NCBI GenBank assembly: GCA_038889235.1
Contig: JAWAHN010000002.1
Location: 104,288-168,287, forward strand
DNA: 64,000 nucleotides
DNA from: Candidatus Jordarchaeales archaeon
GTDB lineage: Archaea; Asgardarchaeota; Jordiarchaeia; Jordiarchaeales; Freyrarchaeaceae
Direction: 5' to 3'
Shown: positions 1 to 8,124 of the stretch, one piece after another
Layout: each line of letters starts with the position of its first letter
How positions within the stretch are numbered: position 1 is the first letter of the stretch
Made by a program: the position numbers and the translations under genes
Notes under the pieces: model-generated
The model's database searches: none
Seen by the model: only the letters and a program-made list of their open reading frames with translations
Told to the model about the DNA's origin: nothing

Positions 1-308
1 CTCGTAACTCCACCATTGTTAGAAGAAGAACTCATGTTTCGACACCTAAACGCGCCCCTTTCTCAGAGTACTATTTAAATCTTCATAGGGGTACGGCAAC
101 TTATAAAACTGTCCCGACAGGTGGGGGGTGCACAGATAGGTCTCAATATACATTCTAGCTGTACCAGTTTACATTTCCCGTTCACGAGGTAACCAAACGA
201 ATGCCTGCCTTTCTCAACAATGTTCAATAATGACTGATTGTAGTTGATGATTTATCAATTTGAACTACTAATTAGAGAAATAACTTTTATTAATGTTGAA
301 AGTAATTA

Positions 309-1052
309 ATGATACATGCCTCCCTCCTATGCTCATTAAGTGGTGGTTTCATGCCATCCTCTCCGAAGGCGGTTGTTCAGAGCGAGGAGATGAATACTGC
401 TACCCAAAAGGTGATAGAGCTGCTTACACCTGTTAGAGAGTGCATTGTTCGCACCCTCCTATCGAGGTTCCCCATGCGTGGGCTGGAGCAGATGCTCCGC
501 GAGGCCTTCGACAACGCCGTTTCCGAGAATTTATGCTTATTCTCCAGTCTAATTTCTCAAAAAGAAGGAGAAGAGAGAAGAGAGGAATCACTAAAAAAGG
601 CGATGTTAGATGCTAAAGAGCTCTTAAAGACTCCCGCTGTCGAGGGTGATGCACCTGAATCTTTGAAGGAAGACGTTTTGCGCTTAAGAAAAGAGATTGA
701 CCGCTTGGTTTTGGAGTTAAAGGTTAGAGACAAAAAGATCAAGGAACAAGAAAAACTCTTGGAAAAATTGCGTGCACTTAATGAAGACAGCTTGTTCGTA
801 ACGCTACTCGGAGGAAACATGCCTCAGACTTGTCCGGAAACGCTTTCCTTCTGGAAGCAGGTTAGTACATTTCTAGAGAAAGAGCCGAAGTTTAAGATTT
901 TACGCCTACTCATACACTTAAAAGAGTTGTCCCTAGAGAAACTCTACCAGTCGACTGGTATACAAAAACAGCTTGTAGCGAGATACCTCGATGAAATGAA
1001 GGAAGCAGGGCTTATTGAAGTCGTGGGCGAGAATGTAAGGTTGAAAATATAG
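309..1052 (+). CDS. hypothetical protein with coiled-coil region and C-terminal winged-helix-like segment
   Basis: 247-aa ORF. The central segment is Lys/Glu-rich coiled coil. The C-terminus (KILRLLIHLKELSLEKLYQSTGIQKQLVARYLDEMKEAGLIEV) resembles an ArsR-like wHTH. No confident family assignment. Confidence 0.45.
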   Translation: MIHASLLCSLSGGFMPSSPKAVVQSEEMNTATQKVIELLTPVRECIVRTLLSRFPMRGLEQMLREAFDNAVSENLCLFSSLISQKEGEERREESLKKAMLDAKELLKTPAVEGDAPESLKEDVLRLRKEIDRLVLELKVRDKKIKEQEKLLEKLRALNEDSLFVTLLGGNMPQTCPETLSFWKQVSTFLEKEPKFKILRLLIHLKELSLEKLYQSTGIQKQLVARYLDEMKEAGLIEVVGENVRLKI

Positions 1053-1394
1053 TTACTTCTGCCCCCGCGTTTTTACCAGCCAGTTAAGCGGGATCCTATA
1101 TGTCCCCTCTCTATCTGAGACTATGAGTGGAGCACCTTTAACGAGTGCTTCAAGGTTTATCTCGAATACTCCCCTACGCAGTATTCTCACGGTTTCAACT
1201 CTCTCCTCGCTTCCCTCACTGTCTACGTGTTGACTGAGCGTCTCGTCTACTTTCTCATCGGCTTTCTCCACTTTTTCACGGCTGAATTCCCGCACTAACT
1301 TAAAAACGTTGGAGCCGCATGCTGGGCAGCTTAACTCGCTGTGTCCATCAGGAATTTTTTTGCCACAAGCAGCGCAGACGTTGTAAAAGCTCAC
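1053..1394 (-). CDS. Zn-ribbon protein (DUF2072-like), first gene of a conserved archaeal Zn-ribbon/DUF2073/GTPase triad
   Basis: 113 aa with CAACGKK...CPACGS Cys4 ribbon at the N-terminus. Overlaps the next gene by 4 nt. Confidence 0.55.
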   Translation of the reverse strand: MSFYNVCAACGKKIPDGHSELSCPACGSNVFKLVREFSREKVEKADEKVDETLSQHVDSEGSEERVETVRILRRGVFEINLEALVKGAPLIVSDREGTYRIPLNWLVKTRGQK

Positions 1395-1726
1395 TTAGTG
1401 CACCCCATCGTGTACATCAAGGAAATCAAATCTTTTCCTTTAGTTACTTCGACAAGGTCGGAGGGAGCAACGACTGTTATTTTGCCGCCTTTCCTCTCCC
1501 CGTTGAACGTGACAACTTCTATCCCGCAGAAATCCTTGAAATCAATTTCCATCATAGTCTCCTTAATAAGTTCGGCTTGCTCTTCAGGCTTCAGCTTTTC
1601 CTCTAAGATCAATATGCTCTTCCCCTTAACTTTCTCAATGATCATCTTCACTTTGTCGCTTGGGCTCAAGCTCTTGGTGGCTCTCTCGGAGATTATGTCT
1701 ATCTTCAAGACGCGCCCTCCTAGCAA
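1391..1726 (-). CDS. DUF2073-like small protein
   Basis: 111 aa, tightly coupled between the Zn-ribbon gene and the GTPase, with overlapping stop and start on both sides. This gene order is the conserved archaeal arrangement. Confidence 0.5.
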   Translation of the reverse strand: MLGGRVLKIDIISERATKSLSPSDKVKMIIEKVKGKSILILEEKLKPEEQAELIKETMMEIDFKDFCGIEVVTFNGERKGGKITVVAPSDLVEVTKGKDLISLMYTMGCTK

Positions 1727-2472
1727 TATTCTGTTATCGTTTTGTAGAGCTCCTCCATATTATATCCATGCAGCGCGGATACGCAAACAACCTTGTAGTC
1801 CGGGAAGGACTCCTTAATGAGCTCTGGCCGCGCCTCTGGAAGGTCTATCTTGTTTGCAACTATGATCGTCGGTATTTTCTTAGATTTCAGGCATCCCAGA
1901 ATTACCAAGTTAACCTGGTCAAATGGAACCTTTGTCGAGTCAAAAACTGTTAAAGCCACGTCTATGTTGTCAAGCCACTGTATAGCCTCCACAACGCCGC
2001 GCGTGGCCTCCTTAGCCCTCTCCACTGCTTCTTCCTCGCTTAAACCGTACTTCATGAAGTCTCTATAGTCCACTTTACTCGCTATTCCAGGCATATCGAC
2101 CAAGTCGACATTAACCCCTTTACCGTTAAACTTTATGTTAACTTGCCTAGCAATAGTCGCCTTTCTCGTCTCGTGAGGTATAGGTGAAACCGTACCAACT
2201 TCGACTCCAAGAAAATCCTTCGCTATCCTATTGGCAAGAGTAGTCTTGCCAGCATTGGGCGCCCCATAAATGCCCAGGATAAAGTTTTGCTTTTTCTTCA
2301 AAATTCTCGAAATTTTATCGAGCAAGTTAACTCCCCTCGCAGTGTTTAACCAGAACCGCTTCCTGGCTTTAGCGGAAAACATGCCGACCCAAAATAGGAT
2401 GAAAAGAAAAACCAATTTTAAGCTTGAATAATACCATGAAAACACTAACACTAGATATATGGGGAGCTTCAT
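1720..2472 (-). CDS. small GTP-binding protein (membrane-anchored GTPase)
   Basis: P-loop GAPNAGKTT, DMPG (DxxG) and NKID (NKxD) motifs. Hydrophobic N-terminal helix. Confidence 0.7.
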   Translation of the reverse strand: MKLPIYLVLVFSWYYSSLKLVFLFILFWVGMFSAKARKRFWLNTARGVNLLDKISRILKKKQNFILGIYGAPNAGKTTLANRIAKDFLGVEVGTVSPIPHETRKATIARQVNIKFNGKGVNVDLVDMPGIASKVDYRDFMKYGLSEEEAVERAKEATRGVVEAIQWLDNIDVALTVFDSTKVPFDQVNLVILGCLKSKKIPTIIVANKIDLPEARPELIKESFPDYKVVCVSALHGYNMEELYKTITEYC

Positions 2473-2858
2473 CAGTTAAGCAAACGCCCGGCTTACTCCT
2501 AAACAATTTCCTGTCTTACTGTTCAAACACAGCCCAAGTGTATTCCTTAACACAGTTAGTAAGCCTATAGTTGGCAGCGTGTTGGATTTTCGCCGAGAAC
2601 GCCGAACCAGCGTAAGCACCCTAAGATGCAGTTGTCCATAAGCTCTACGCCACCCAGTAACCATAAACTACTAGCTAACTCGACACTGTTGTAGCAACTT
2701 TTACGGTTAGAAGACGTCACGCAGCCCTTGCTAGACGATTTTTCATGGGCGACTAAAAAGGTGCCCTACGAGTTAATTTTATCTTTCTCCCCTTATTCCT
2801 TATAACTTGACAACTTTTAGTCATGCGGCCTTTTCTCAAGTAAGGGAGGGTCTCTGAG

Positions 2859-4229
2859 TTGGTAGAAATCAGAGAAATCCTCCCTGGGCGTTTTGAAAGA
2901 ATAGGTGCTCACTCACACATAAAGGGTCTCGGGTTGCGAGGACTTAAAGCCGAACTGGTCGCCGACGGCATGGTTGGACAAACAGAGGCTAGAGAGGCGG
3001 CAGGAATAATTGTCAGAATGATAAAGGAGGGCAAGATGGCCGGCCGAGGGGTCCTGCTTGCGGGACCACCGGGGACAGGTAAGACCGCCATTGCCATCGC
3101 TATAGCTAAAGAGTTGGGTGAAGACGTTCCGGTAGTAATGATCACAGGTTCAGAGATATACTCTGAAGAGGTAAAGAAAACCGAGATCCTAACTCAGGTA
3201 TTAAGGAAGGCTATAGGGGTCAGGATACACGAAATAAAGAAAGTGTACGAGGGTGTCGTCAAAAACTTGGACATAACTATGGTGAAGAACCCCTACAACC
3301 CCTACCAACAGATCCCCCAGTCCGCGAAGATAACGATTGCCACTAAGGACGAATCCAAAACTTTCGAGGTTGGACAAACCATAGCTATACGCTTGATCAA
3401 CGAGGGAGTTAGCGTAGGCGACGTGATAATGATCGACGCAGAAACCGGCCGAGTTACACGTGTAGGGAAAGCCGAGTCCCCAGACGTCAAGAAGTATGAC
3501 ATTGAAGCGGAGAAGCCGGTTCCAGTGCCCTCGGGACCAATACTTAAGGAGAAGGAGTTCATCTATACGCTGACCCTCCATGACCTTGACGAGATAAACG
3601 CCAGAAGGAGCAGCTTCTCGATATTCAGCCTGTTTGGAGGAGGAAGAGAAGAAAAAGAAATAGACCCAGAGATACGGGAGAGAGTGAACCAGATGGTAAA
3701 GAACATGGTCGAGGAAGGGCGGGCTGAAATCCTGCCAGGCGTAGTGTTCATAGACGAAAGTCACATGCTCGACATAGAAGCATTCAGCTTCATAGCCAGA
3801 GCTATGGAGTCCGAGCTAGCACCAATAATAATACTGGCGTCGAACAGAGGGTTCGCAAAGATAAGGGGAACAGAGCTTGTGTCACCGCATGGAATGCCAC
3901 TAGATCTCCTGGATAGGCTTCTCATAATAAACACGAGGCCATACACTGAAGAAGAAATACGAGAAATACTGAAAATAAGAGCCAAGGAGGAAAAGATAGA
4001 GCTCAGCGAGGAAGCACTAGAGTACCTAACACAGATAGGAGCGAAAACCAGTCTGCGCTATGCAGTGCAGCTCCTAACCCCAAGCATGGAACACGCTAAG
4101 GAAAACGGACGCAAGAAACTAACCAAGGAAGACGTGCAAGCCGTGGAGAAACTTTTCGCTGACGTTAAGCGTTCAGCCAACTACGTGAGAAATCACGAAA
4201 AAGAGTTCATGGTTTCAGAACCAGCATAA
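2859..4229 (+). CDS. TIP49/RuvB-like AAA+ ATPase
   Basis: 456 aa. The N-terminus (ERIGAHSHIKGLGL) is typical of the TIP49 family. Walker A GPPGTGKTAIA, Walker B VVFIDESHMLD, and an inserted OB-like domain between them. Confidence 0.85.
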   Translation: MVEIREILPGRFERIGAHSHIKGLGLRGLKAELVADGMVGQTEAREAAGIIVRMIKEGKMAGRGVLLAGPPGTGKTAIAIAIAKELGEDVPVVMITGSEIYSEEVKKTEILTQVLRKAIGVRIHEIKKVYEGVVKNLDITMVKNPYNPYQQIPQSAKITIATKDESKTFEVGQTIAIRLINEGVSVGDVIMIDAETGRVTRVGKAESPDVKKYDIEAEKPVPVPSGPILKEKEFIYTLTLHDLDEINARRSSFSIFSLFGGGREEKEIDPEIRERVNQMVKNMVEEGRAEILPGVVFIDESHMLDIEAFSFIARAMESELAPIIILASNRGFAKIRGTELVSPHGMPLDLLDRLLIINTRPYTEEEIREILKIRAKEEKIELSEEALEYLTQIGAKTSLRYAVQLLTPSMEHAKENGRKKLTKEDVQAVEKLFADVKRSANYVRNHEKEFMVSEPA

Positions 4230-4615
4230 AACCACCAAAGTTACCGCAGTAATAGGAAAATTTTCCCCATCTGAGAAAATAAATCTCTCGAAGAGGAAAA
4301 CTTAAGCCCTCTTTTTTCTCGGAAGCTAACTCTAAACAAATTGTCAACGAACCCCTTTCTCATACTAACAAAAACCGAGACATTGTCCTCGTCATCCGCA
4401 AAACTTTGCTACGAGTTTATAAAGCAAATCCTAAACCTGAACGAGCTTCGACATGGAAAACGAACGAAAAACGAGTAAAAACGCGCTAGGCGGTTTTTCC
4501 TCAAATCAACGAAAACATCAGTCTTAGCAGTTAAGTCGCCCCTAATTAACTTAGACTCTGAAAAACTCGCCGAGGACCGCATTATCACAGAAAGAGAACG
4601 GTAAAACTATTTTTA

Positions 4616-5704
4616 GTGGTGCACTCTTTCTTAGCTTGTTTTACACTTGAAGCCCCAAAGAGGGTGGTGTTACTCTTGTTCAGAAGGGTTGTGTGGTCCT
4701 CTACAATCATCGACCATAGATGTGGTTTCACTCGGGTCTCACTCCCCGTCGAAGTCAGATTCGACCCCTTAACAGGGAGACCGTGCATAATTTCCGAAGC
4801 ACGCCTCACACTTCCCGTGAAAGCGGACTTCTCAGAGCTTGCAAAACTAACAGAAGCGTTCTGCCCCTTCTGCCCCGAAAGAATAGAGGCAGCTACGCCC
4901 AAGTTCCCGGAAGAGTTCATCCCGGAAGGGCGAATAAGAGTTGGGGAAGCTGTTGTGGTACCTAACCTCATGCCTTACTCCCAATACAGTGCAGTCACTA
5001 TCATCTGCAAGAAGCACTTCGCCACACCATCAGAACTCACACAGGAAACCCTGACAAACGCCTTTCTAGCATCGCAAGAATACCTGAAAAAGGTGGCGTC
5101 GCACGACCCCTCTCAAAAACACTTCCTTGTAACTTGGAACTTCATGCCCCCCTCAGGAGGCAGCATAATACACCCCCACCTCCAACCAGTAAGCTACCCG
5201 GAGCCGACAGGGTACTACCACGAGCAACTCGATGCCTCAAGAAACTTTATTGCAAGACACGGCGAAAACTTCTGGGAGCTACTCATCAAAGAAGAGAAAA
5301 AGCTGGGAGAACGATATATAGGAGCAACCGGGAACATACACTGGCTCACGGCCTTTGCCCCAAGAAACTACCTCTTCGAAGTAATCGCGGTTTTCCTCCA
5401 AAAAACATCCATACTAGAACTCGAACACCAGGACATCGAAAACTTCGCCAAAGGACTAACAAAAATCCTAAACTACATGGAAAACGTGAACATCACAAGC
5501 TTTAACCTCATCCTACAATCAGGGCCACCAAATGAAACAAGCTACAGAGTTAACGCATCAATAATACCCAGGTTCACACTACCACCACTAGGAACATCAG
5601 ACACAGCATCCCTCCGAGCACTAAACGACACATCAGTGTGCTACAAAAAACCAGAAACCACATGCGCGGAAATCAAACAATACTTCCAAACAACAAACGG
5701 GTAA
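4616..5704 (+). CDS. galactose-1-phosphate uridylyltransferase-like (GalT/HIT superfamily) protein
   Basis: RFDPLTGR, CPFCP and HPHLQ (HxHxQ-type) motifs. The real start is probably downstream of 4616 at an alternative start codon. Stop at 5702-5704. Confidence 0.7.
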   Translation: MVHSFLACFTLEAPKRVVLLLFRRVVWSSTIIDHRCGFTRVSLPVEVRFDPLTGRPCIISEARLTLPVKADFSELAKLTEAFCPFCPERIEAATPKFPEEFIPEGRIRVGEAVVVPNLMPYSQYSAVTIICKKHFATPSELTQETLTNAFLASQEYLKKVASHDPSQKHFLVTWNFMPPSGGSIIHPHLQPVSYPEPTGYYHEQLDASRNFIARHGENFWELLIKEEKKLGERYIGATGNIHWLTAFAPRNYLFEVIAVFLQKTSILELEHQDIENFAKGLTKILNYMENVNITSFNLILQSGPPNETSYRVNASIIPRFTLPPLGTSDTASLRALNDTSVCYKKPETTCAEIKQYFQTTNG

Positions 5705-5705
5705 G

Positions 5706-5795
5706 TGGCGGCCCCGAGGGGACTTGAACCCCTGAATTCCCGGCTTAGGAGGCCGGTGCCCTCTCAGGAACACATCCTGGCTAGGCCACGGGGCC
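5706..5795 (-). tRNA. tRNA-Arg (anticodon CCU) with a small non-canonical intron in the D-loop region; CCA encoded
   Basis: Minus-strand sequence GGCCCCG..CCGGC-CTCCTAA-GCCGG..AGGGG-TTCAAGT-CCCCT-CGGGGCC-G-CCA. It has 7-bp acceptor, anticodon stem-loop and T-arm. It is about 12 nt longer than a standard tRNA, and the excess lies in the D-loop (GTGTTCCTGAGA). Confidence 0.7.
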
Positions 5796-5908
5796 AACCA
5801 GCAGCCACACCAATAATACCTAAACAACTACTAGTTTTTTAATCCTTTCCCTTCCATAAACACCAGAAAAGTTTAAGTACAATCTCCACAATTACCCAAG
5901 ACTTGGGC

Positions 5909-6004
5909 GCGGGCGTAGTCCAGCCTGGTCTAAGACGGCGGCCTGCCACGCCGCGGACCCGGGTGGTTAACAAAAACCAGGGATTTCAAATCCCGGCGCC
6001 CGCA
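5909..6004 (+). tRNA. tRNA-Gly (anticodon GCC) with a 21-nt intron between positions 53 and 54 (5964..5984)
   Basis: Acceptor GCGGGCG/CGCCCGC with discriminator A. Anticodon arm GCGGC-CTGCCAC-GCCGC. T-stem CCGGG / CCCGG with T-loop TTCAAAT interrupted by TGGTTAACAAAAACCAGGGAT. A BHB-like fold is present: H2 ccc(g)/(a)ggg and a 4-bp intron hairpin. TATA-like tttaagta lies about 30 nt upstream. No CCA encoded. Confidence 0.7.
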
Positions 6005-6044
6005 TTAAAATCCACAAAGAAGAAATAAAATAGTGGAATTAGTG

Positions 6045-6881
6045 CTATATTTTCGTTTCCAACCATTCATCTATGTCTTTAAGGACCTTCTCTTTTTCTA
6101 GTTCATTAAGTATTTCGTGGTACAATCCCTTGTAGATTTTCATCGTGAAGTCTTTGTGTTTCACTTTCTCTGCTAGTTCCATGCTTCCTTTGGGGTTGAC
6201 TAGCTTGTCTTCTCCTGCTACTAATAATAGTGTTGGAACTTTGAGTTTGTCGGCATTTTCAAGTATTGTTTTCATGGCTTTGATGAATTCAACCGCAAAT
6301 TTGACCGTGATCGTCTTGAATATTAACGGGTCGTTGGCGTATGCTTCGCAGACTTTCTTGTCGTGGGATAGAGTGTATGGATCTATTTGGCTCGGTATCT
6401 CCTGCTTGGGGTTTGTCTTTGCAAGTTCTTCGAGCATCTTCATCGTTCCAGCGTCTACGTCGCTCGCAAGTCTCAGCGCAGGAGAGGAGAGAACTAGACA
6501 GTCGATTTTTTCCGGGTTTTTGAGCGCGTACAGCAATGCTATTGTTCCGCCCATACTGTGGCCTAAGAGGATAAGCTTCTTTTCCTTTTCTTTTTTCTTC
6601 ACCATATCGATGAACGTGTCGAGGTCTTCCACGTAGTCGTCGAAGTTGTCCACGTGTCCTCTGGCTCCCTCGGAGCGGCCGTGCCCCCTGTGGTCCAATG
6701 CGTAAAATGCTATACCTTTGCTGGCAAAGTGTTCTGCCACATGCTTATACCTTCCCGAGTACTCGGCCAAACCGTGGGCTGCAACCATTACTGCCCTAAC
6801 TTTTTCAGGTCTCCAAAACTGGTAGTATATTTTCAATCCTTCTTTTCCCTTAAACTCTCCCTCCTCATGAGCAATTTTCAC
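6045..6881 (-). CDS. alpha/beta hydrolase (lysophospholipase / monoacylglycerol lipase-like)
   Basis: 278 aa. Nucleophile elbow GHSMGG, HGxxEY region and C-terminal His. Family Hydrolase_4-like. Confidence 0.8.
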   Translation of the reverse strand: MKIAHEEGEFKGKEGLKIYYQFWRPEKVRAVMVAAHGLAEYSGRYKHVAEHFASKGIAFYALDHRGHGRSEGARGHVDNFDDYVEDLDTFIDMVKKKEKEKKLILLGHSMGGTIALLYALKNPEKIDCLVLSSPALRLASDVDAGTMKMLEELAKTNPKQEIPSQIDPYTLSHDKKVCEAYANDPLIFKTITVKFAVEFIKAMKTILENADKLKVPTLLLVAGEDKLVNPKGSMELAEKVKHKDFTMKIYKGLYHEILNELEKEKVLKDIDEWLETKI

Positions 6882-7050
6882 TTGCCTATCCCCCCACCTT
6901 TTCTGCTTAAGTGTTGGCGCTCTCCATTTGCTTTCTTTTTACTATAATTTAACTTTTATGTAGAATTTCATGTACCAGCAGCATTGAACGGTTAACGCTT
7001 GCACTGTTTGTCCAGGTTAATCAGTGCTCAGAGGAGGAAAGAAATATATA

Positions 7051-7059
7051 ACTTGACGG
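7051..7059 (+). promoter_or_regulatory. TATA box (aaatatata) about 20 nt upstream of the 5' end of the 7078..7263 RNA gene
   Basis: AT-rich box at the expected distance from the GGGGGCG RNA 5' end. Confidence 0.4.
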
Positions 7060-7077
7060 CGAATTTCTTCTCTCGAT

Positions 7078-7263
7078 GGGGGCGTAGCGCAGCTAGAACG
7101 TTTGTGGCGAAGTAGCGCGGCTGGCTCCAGAAGCAATGAGAACAAACTGGTGCGCTGATTGGGGATGATGACCTTCTGGAGCTTCGAGCCGGAGAGGAAT
7201 CCCGGAAGCACCAGTTGGTCGTGGGTTCACCCTCTCCGGGGCCTTCAAGTCCCACCGCCCCCA
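7078..7263 (+). tRNA. tRNA gene with multiple or large introns (about 186-nt locus; identity undetermined)
   Basis: Acceptor 5' GGGGGCG (7078-7084) pairs perfectly with CGCCCCC (7256-7262), followed by discriminator A. T-stem GTGGG (7221-25) / CCCAC (7251-55) with canonical T-loop TTCAAGT (7244-50). The T-loop is separated from the 5' T-stem by an 18-nt insert (7226-7243), the same architecture as the Gly tRNA. About 95 further extra nt lie between the D-stem GCGC and the T-arm. Within that insert there is an AUGAUGA (C-box-like) at 7165-71. Confidence 0.45.
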
Positions 7264-7446
7264 TCATTCTCTGCTTCCCCCAGGATTTTTCGGCTGCTTT
7301 ATCTGTCTGGTGTGTAATCCTAAGTTTTGCTTTCAACTTTCGAATGCCCTCTCGACTTGCCACTCGTCTCTGAGACCACTTGCGGGCTACCCCTTCATTT
7401 AAAAAAGATCTGTGGTGGGCGGAAGAACGAGCTGTTCGGCTTCTAG

Positions 7447-8115
7447 GTGGGTTCGTGGAAAAAATTTTTATTCTGTTTGTTGGGAGTTCTTCAAGTTGGT
7501 GCCCGAAAAGGAGGGTTTGTCGTGCGCCTTTGGTTGCTTGACATCCTTGCTTGTCCGGCTGATGGTTGCAAGTATTACCCGTTGAAACTATCGATATTTG
7601 AGTGGGACGACAATGACGCTGGACGAATACTTGAGGTGAGTGAAGCGTACGCTAAAGGCAACGCTGAAAAGGCGAGGCAGGAGTTGAAGGATAGCGTCAA
7701 GGTTGATAGGGTGAAGGGCCTTGTGGAAGACGAGCTTGTTAGGTCTCCGATGGAGGTAAAAGACTACGCTCTGGCTTTTAAAGAGAAGGTTAACAGCGTG
7801 TTTAGCAACGTTGTAATCGACGAAACGGGGGCTAGCACTAAGCTTATAAAGTCAATACTCAGTTTCGAGCCCCCCTCCGTCCTCAACGAGTCATTTGAAA
7901 ACACGATATATGTCGCCAACTGGCTGGCCTTCAAAGTCAATGTAAAAAGTGGCATCTTGGTCTGCGAAAAGTGCGGCCGCTTCTACCCCATAATAGATAC
8001 GATACCTCACATGCTACCCGACGATCTGAGAGACAAAAAAGAGGATAAAGAGTTCCTTTTGAAGTGGCAGAAGTTCATCCCAAAGAAGATACTTGAGGCA
8101 GAGGGCATCAAGTAG
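7447..8115 (+). CDS. Trm112-like zinc-binding domain protein with a large internal insertion
   Basis: N-terminal LLDILACP...C(K)YYPL and C-terminal LVCEKCGRFYPIIDTIPHMLPDD together form a Trm112p signature. The two halves are separated by about 140 aa. The real start may be the GTG near 7522. Confidence 0.55.
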   Translation: MGSWKKFLFCLLGVLQVGARKGGFVVRLWLLDILACPADGCKYYPLKLSIFEWDDNDAGRILEVSEAYAKGNAEKARQELKDSVKVDRVKGLVEDELVRSPMEVKDYALAFKEKVNSVFSNVVIDETGASTKLIKSILSFEPPSVLNESFENTIYVANWLAFKVNVKSGILVCEKCGRFYPIIDTIPHMLPDDLRDKKEDKEFLLKWQKFIPKKILEAEGIK

Positions 8116-8124
8116 CCCGGCGCG

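Noticed and set aside
557-4971. Numerous antisense or overlapping six-frame ORFs (for example 557..820, 2909..3145, 3201..3764, 3302..3985 and 4585..4971, minus strand).
   Set aside because: They lie entirely inside well-supported genes on the opposite strand. They have low-complexity or skewed composition and no motifs. These are typical shadow ORFs.
7028-7363. 111-aa ORF on the minus strand between the hydrolase and the Trm112-like gene.
   Set aside because: It overlaps the structured RNA locus 7078..7263, which has tRNA acceptor and T-arm features and its own TATA box. The peptide is low-complexity (Ser/Arg-rich) and is likely spurious.
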